Positions 59,401 to 64,000 of a stretch of 64,000 bases of DNA are shown in pieces. Both the position numbers and the translations under genes were made by a program. The number at the start of each line of letters is the position of its first letter. The stretch's first letter is position 1. Origin of the DNA: Pelomyxa schiedti (taxonomy: Eukaryota; Protista; Evosea); contig JAHLWZ010000079.1 of assembly GCA_020536535.1 (NCBI GenBank), forward strand, positions 23,469-87,468, in the 5' to 3' direction. The notes beneath the pieces were generated by a model. That model saw nothing but the letters and a program-made list of their open reading frames with translations. It was not told the origin of the DNA and searched no databases.

Positions 59401-62206
59401 CCACTGCTTACTTCTTTGAAGGTCTCAATATTTAAAAGCAATTCACCCTGAAAAATGTGAAGCTGATATGATTTCCAAGAAAGAGCATGATCTTATTGAA
59501 CTAAAGAAACGACATCAAAAAGAACTTCTTGAGCTGGAAGTAGTTTCCTCCATACTCGGTTTCTTAGATATAACAAAACTTAATTTCAGAGAGTACATGA
59601 CGAACGGCTGAGACTTTTTCATGAGCAACTTCCTTCAGAGCGTATCCGGGCTGCCTCACACTTTCATAGCCTCAAAGCAACACACACACAAAGGCACAAC
59701 CAGTTGTTACTAGATAAAGCAAGGGCTTTCCGGAATTCCGTCTGTAATAACTTCACTGTATTATCCGATAAGTATTTGATGGGTATTTTTTCCCCCTTTT
59801 CTCGCCATCTTAGATTCTCTCAGGGCCTGTTCCAACGGATTCAGGATCCTTCAAGGTTCGATTTCTTCCCTCTCTCCTCACTCCAACTTCTCTGCAGGGA
59901 ATTTCTCTTTCCAATGGGCAACTCGTTTCCATCAAGTCATTCCCTGAAGACGTGCTTCCCTCGCTCCAGCTTCACCTAAAGCACCCCGCCCTGCTTCCTG
60001 TGTTAGGTAAGGTTCCTTCTACTCTAGTTTTATTCATACTTTCCTTGTTTAGATCTCTGCCGGCAAGATCAGAAAGTTTATATCGTCACACCTCATGTCG
60101 AACAAACACTGCCCCAATACATAGCATCACAGCCCAATGAACAACTGACTGAATCGGCTGCAAAATCCATGTGCTATAGCGTGAGTCCATTCCTTCTACT
60201 AACTGTCACTCACTTGGCTTCAGCTTCTGAAATTGCTTGCATATTTACATAGAAACGGCTTGGTAAATTTCCCCCTACGTTCCGCGGCTATCTCAGCTAC
60301 TTTAGGTTCACAGGGATCTGAGACCTGGCAAAATTCTGGTGAGCCCAGAAGGCACCCCCTTTCTAACCCATTTTGGGATTATGCGTTCCCTTACTGGGAC
60401 AGAAGTGAGCGAGAATGGAATGGTAGGGTCTTTGTTGTACCCCGAACTCTTTGAATCTAACTGTTTGTATAGTACTATTCTGCCCCAGAAATATTCCTTA
60501 AGTATAGTACCCCTCTCTATGCATCAACACTAGTTGATCACCTCCTCCTAGGACTGTCAACATTTTTAGTGATAGTTGGTCAATGGGATGTATATTGTTG
60601 TATATTTTTCAAACCAAAGAAGAACACACAGTAAATTTGGGGGGGAAAACAAACAATTGCTATACCAACCCTAATTGATAAAAGAAACCGATTTTCACTG
60701 GAAAAGCCACCAAAGAAATCTTGCGAAGTATGGTTAAGGTTGTGGAGCCACTATAGTTTCTTCCTTACCACTACACAGATTGTCGGACAACCTTCAGGCA
60801 CAGACCTCCTAAATATGTCGTCCTACTGCAGAATGTCTTCCGAGTCTCGTGAATTACTTCTTTCCGCTCTCACCCCATCTCTTACAAATGCTACCACACA
60901 TGCACATGCGCACGAGATATTTGTTGCTGTCTCTGCAGCTTCTGATGCAGCAACTACAGCAGCACCCAGCACCCCAGAAATTAACGAAAAGATTTTAGCA
61001 ACAGGTATTTTCCTGAAACTACACTAATATATTAAGGCTTTGTTTGCTACTGCAGAAAGGGATACAATCAAAGAGAGGGATGAAGACAGAAAACCTCTTA
61101 GTGAGGAGATACAAGTAGAACCACAGAGCACCATCGAACCAGTTGCTGTAAAGGATCTACCCATTCTGGATACTCCACAGAATAAAGAAACAACAACTGG
61201 GGTCCAAGAGCGGGATGGTGTTAAAGTGCCGGAAGATACAGGAAAGCCACAAGAACCGCAAAGAAAAGTACAACAATCCAAAGTTTCACACCTTCACTTC
61301 CAGCAACGGTACCACTCTATACCATTTGCACAGGTATTCCGAGTTCTAAGTACATTAGACTCATCACAAAACAAGGTGTGTAGAAGAGCAACCGGTCACT
61401 TGCAAGAACTCATTGAGAAGCTTCTCGTTTTCCTTCCCCGAAACCGACTACTCTGTGTAGATGCTTTGAAGCACCAGGCATTCACAAACCTGCCACCACC
61501 GCCACCACTTCCGCAATCGCGAGCGTTACAGAAACGCAACTCCATGAATTATGTAGGTGACCTTCTGAAACAGCAGGAGAAACTTCATCCCCCATCCACT
61601 ATTTCAGCACCAAACCCCAGACACACAGTGTTGGTGGGCGACTCGATTCCACCAAAAGTATCCTTCCCCAATCCACAAAACACCATCACCACACTTTCAC
61701 CCATAACACAACCAGAAAAAACATCACCATCTCTATCTCCATCACCATCAACATCCCCATCCCCATCACCAGCAGAAACAACACCGATAGAAAAATCAGC
61801 AGTAGAAACACCGGTCCAATCAAAACTAATTGAAACAACACCAACAGAAGAAACCGTAACAACAAAAATACAAGCAGAGGGTGGACTTTTCCAAGAGGAC
61901 ATAACAGAGACAGAGACTCTACTAACCCCAACTTCCACACTTGTGATACACAATCCCACAAGCAAGGAAGAACCACTCTTTGATGATGAGGCACAGAGAC
62001 CACCAACACCAATCCCAATAACACCAGCAGAACAGGAGCCAATTCCAGATATCAGTGATACCACTGAACCACAGCCAAAAGCAACAACAGTAACAACAAC
62101 CGAAACAGAAATAACAGCCACAGACATGGAAATCACCACAGCAAATAGCACGGAGACACTAGCGGAAGAAAAACCACCAGCCACCCTGAGTGAGGCCTCT
62201 TCCTGA
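56410..62206 (+). CDS. WD40 repeats + coiled coil + CMGC/MAPK-like pseudokinase + acidic T/E/P tail
   Basis: WD: LAGEEDGFVHVYDV, EGHEKPPIYSM..LFSSAADGTLNMW. Kinase: VSIK, LKHPALLP, LAYLHRNGL|VHRDLRPGKILV, THFG, YYSAPE, DSWSMGCI, PIFTGK, EKLLVFLPRNRLLCVDALKH. Confidence 0.75.
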
Positions 62207-62307
62207 AAGCAGAGGAATTTTGTGTTTTTTCTTTGTATGAACAAGTTGTAGTTTTTCCTTTCCAAAAGATCTTTTGATGCAATGCGGAGTCCCGCAATTG
62301 CATTCAT

Positions 62308-63701
62308 TCAGAAACAGAGGCAGAAGATGCCAATGCAACTGCACTCGGCGCTGTGTGCCACAGCTAGGGTTGCGGCCGAAGAGACTATTGATGAAGAAGC
62401 TGATTCAGAGCCCTCCAATACAAGGTCCGCAAAGAGGTCGAATGTGAGAATGGCAAAGAACCCGATGTAGAACCAGATGGAGACGTACCACACATCGGCT
62501 TCCTTGCATTCATGTGCTTCATGCAACTATTGGGTGGTAAGGAAAATCTAACAGTTCACAATCACATACCAATTCGTTGACAATGAGGAAGAAGAGGTTG
62601 GAAATTCCGAAGGCGTAAAGAAACTGGATAGCAAATTCCCCCATCAATGGAATCACAACGGCGCCTACCAAGCCTGACGCCGGTAGTAATAGAGGAACAG
62701 CTATACAGAGGATAAGTGCAATATACTTTTCGCAGATTCTGAGTGTAACGCTCATAGACACTCCCACAAAGCACATCTCAATGGTGAGTGCTAGAGATAC
62801 AATCACACCAGCAGTGATATCGCTCCTTGCTGAGTAAGAAATACTGATCAGAAGCCCATCGAGTAATGCGTTTACAGCAATGGAGATTACAACTCCCCAA
62901 GGAACTCCGGACCAAGATAGAAGTTTTGGAGGCGAGCCTGGCAGAAGGGGTGAATTTACTTCCTGTATGCTCCTTCCCTCTTTCACTCTTGCCTCGGAGG
63001 TAAGAAAAAGCCTTGGCGGAAAAGAAAGTGAGAAATTGATGGGGAATATGAGAAAGTACGATTCATCAGCTGCCGATTCTTCAGTCATTTCGCGCGGCGA
63101 CTCCGTATCATTCTTTTGGGCGGTCGTGTGCTGGTGATGCTTTCGCTCTTCCTTCTCGGCGAAGTAATCTCCCACAGCCTCCACAATAAACATCAAGGCC
63201 ACGCCAATTGTGAACCCAGCAAATTTGGCAGCCCAATAACCAAAATAGTCCCAGGTTGTCACTGAGCCACCCCTGTGGGGGGGGGGGAAGCAACGTTAAT
63301 GTAAATGAAGAACTGCAGGCGTCACAGTACACAAGGCAATGAATATGTTAGTATCGATTAAGTATACACAACGAACGCCCAAAAAAAGTACGGGTGAACG
63401 GGTTCCGCAGGCAAAAGCAGTTCAGGACCTTTTTATTGTATTACAACGCAAACAAAAAGAAAAAAAAAAAATGAAGAAAAAAAAGGTAAACCAATAAGTA
63501 AGCAATAACAAAAGGAAGAAAGGAATAGTGACACCAACCGAACTCGGTAGCGATGGCACACGCTACGACGCCACACGCCAGCTGTTGCAACGTGGCAGTG
63601 AGCTTGGGTCCGGGTGTTTTCCAAACAACAACAACGGAGCCCAGCATCATCGCCACCGTGGGCACTGACGTCAACAGCGCAACCAACGCCAACTCGTTCA
63701 T
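62308..63701 (-). CDS. ZIP (ZupT-like) metal transporter
   Basis: LQQLACGVVACAIATEF|GPELL, AVNALLDGLLIS, LALTIEMCFVG, AFGISNLFFLIVNEL|LHEAHE, WFYIGF; multiple TM helices and a His-containing loop (KHHQH). Confidence 0.75.
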
Positions 63702-64000
63702 TTCCCCTGCTCAATGGTACCTTTCAAACGACAACAAACGCGTGGCTGGGACACGTGCACCCGTAAAAACGGAATAATTAAACACAAATACTTCGAACTG
63801 CTTCCGCTAAGATTCTTGGCAATCTAGATGGCGACTTTTGGGGATCGTTGCACACAGAAACAGGAAAGGAAGGAGTTATTGGGGGAATTGCACGTGTTTG
63901 GGTGAGTCTCAAGGCCTCTTCTGTGACGGCGACGGAGCCGATGGTGCCAGTTTGGGTGGGGGACGGGCGAGGCCAGGGGGCGGTGGCGCCACGGTGGAAG

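Noticed and set aside
63828-64000. Start of a further + strand gene at the right edge
   Set aside because: A GC-rich stretch with ATGs at 63828 and 63941 but no recognisable product within the window.

Overview
This is gene-dense, intron-rich eukaryotic nuclear DNA. I reconstructed 21 protein-coding genes by hand-splicing short introns (mostly about 40-60 nt). In order they are NPHP4 (runs off the left edge), THOC7, a CudA-like factor, DNAJC17/Cwc23, a CH+3xPH protein, SLC35F6, an SRF-type MADS-box factor, PRP8 (24 introns, no intein), Rab6, a CG9801-like PP2C, TMEM234, SEY1, rubrerythrin, an ankyrin/F-box protein, condensin CAP-G, an F-BAR RhoGAP, a 4-TM protein, a family I pyrophosphatase, an IFI44-like GTPase, a membrane-anchored C1A protease, a WD40-pseudokinase and a ZIP transporter (22 counting the partial NPHP4). 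A ciliary transition-zone gene, an anaerobe-type peroxidase and an amoebozoan CudA-like domain together suggest a flagellated anaerobic amoebozoan (an archamoeba such as Pelomyxa); this is inference. The best leads are: (1) extreme gene packing, with two start codons 41 bp apart around a central palindrome and two stop codons 3 bp apart; (2) an unusual splicing regime, with an either/or -1G/+5G donor pattern, +4A in the minority, frequent AAG acceptors, GC donors, a 5-nt microexon, stop-free 3n introns and a PRP8 carrying an RD/RE/RS N-terminal tail; (3) unusual domain fusions, namely CAP-G plus tandem BRCT, ankyrins plus C-terminal F-box, and WD40 plus MAPK-like pseudokinase; (4) a CArG box upstream of SRF itself and a structured intergenic element at about 4.8-5.0 kb. 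I found no CRISPR array, rRNA, tRNA or transposon. All gene models are manual and unverified by RNA data.
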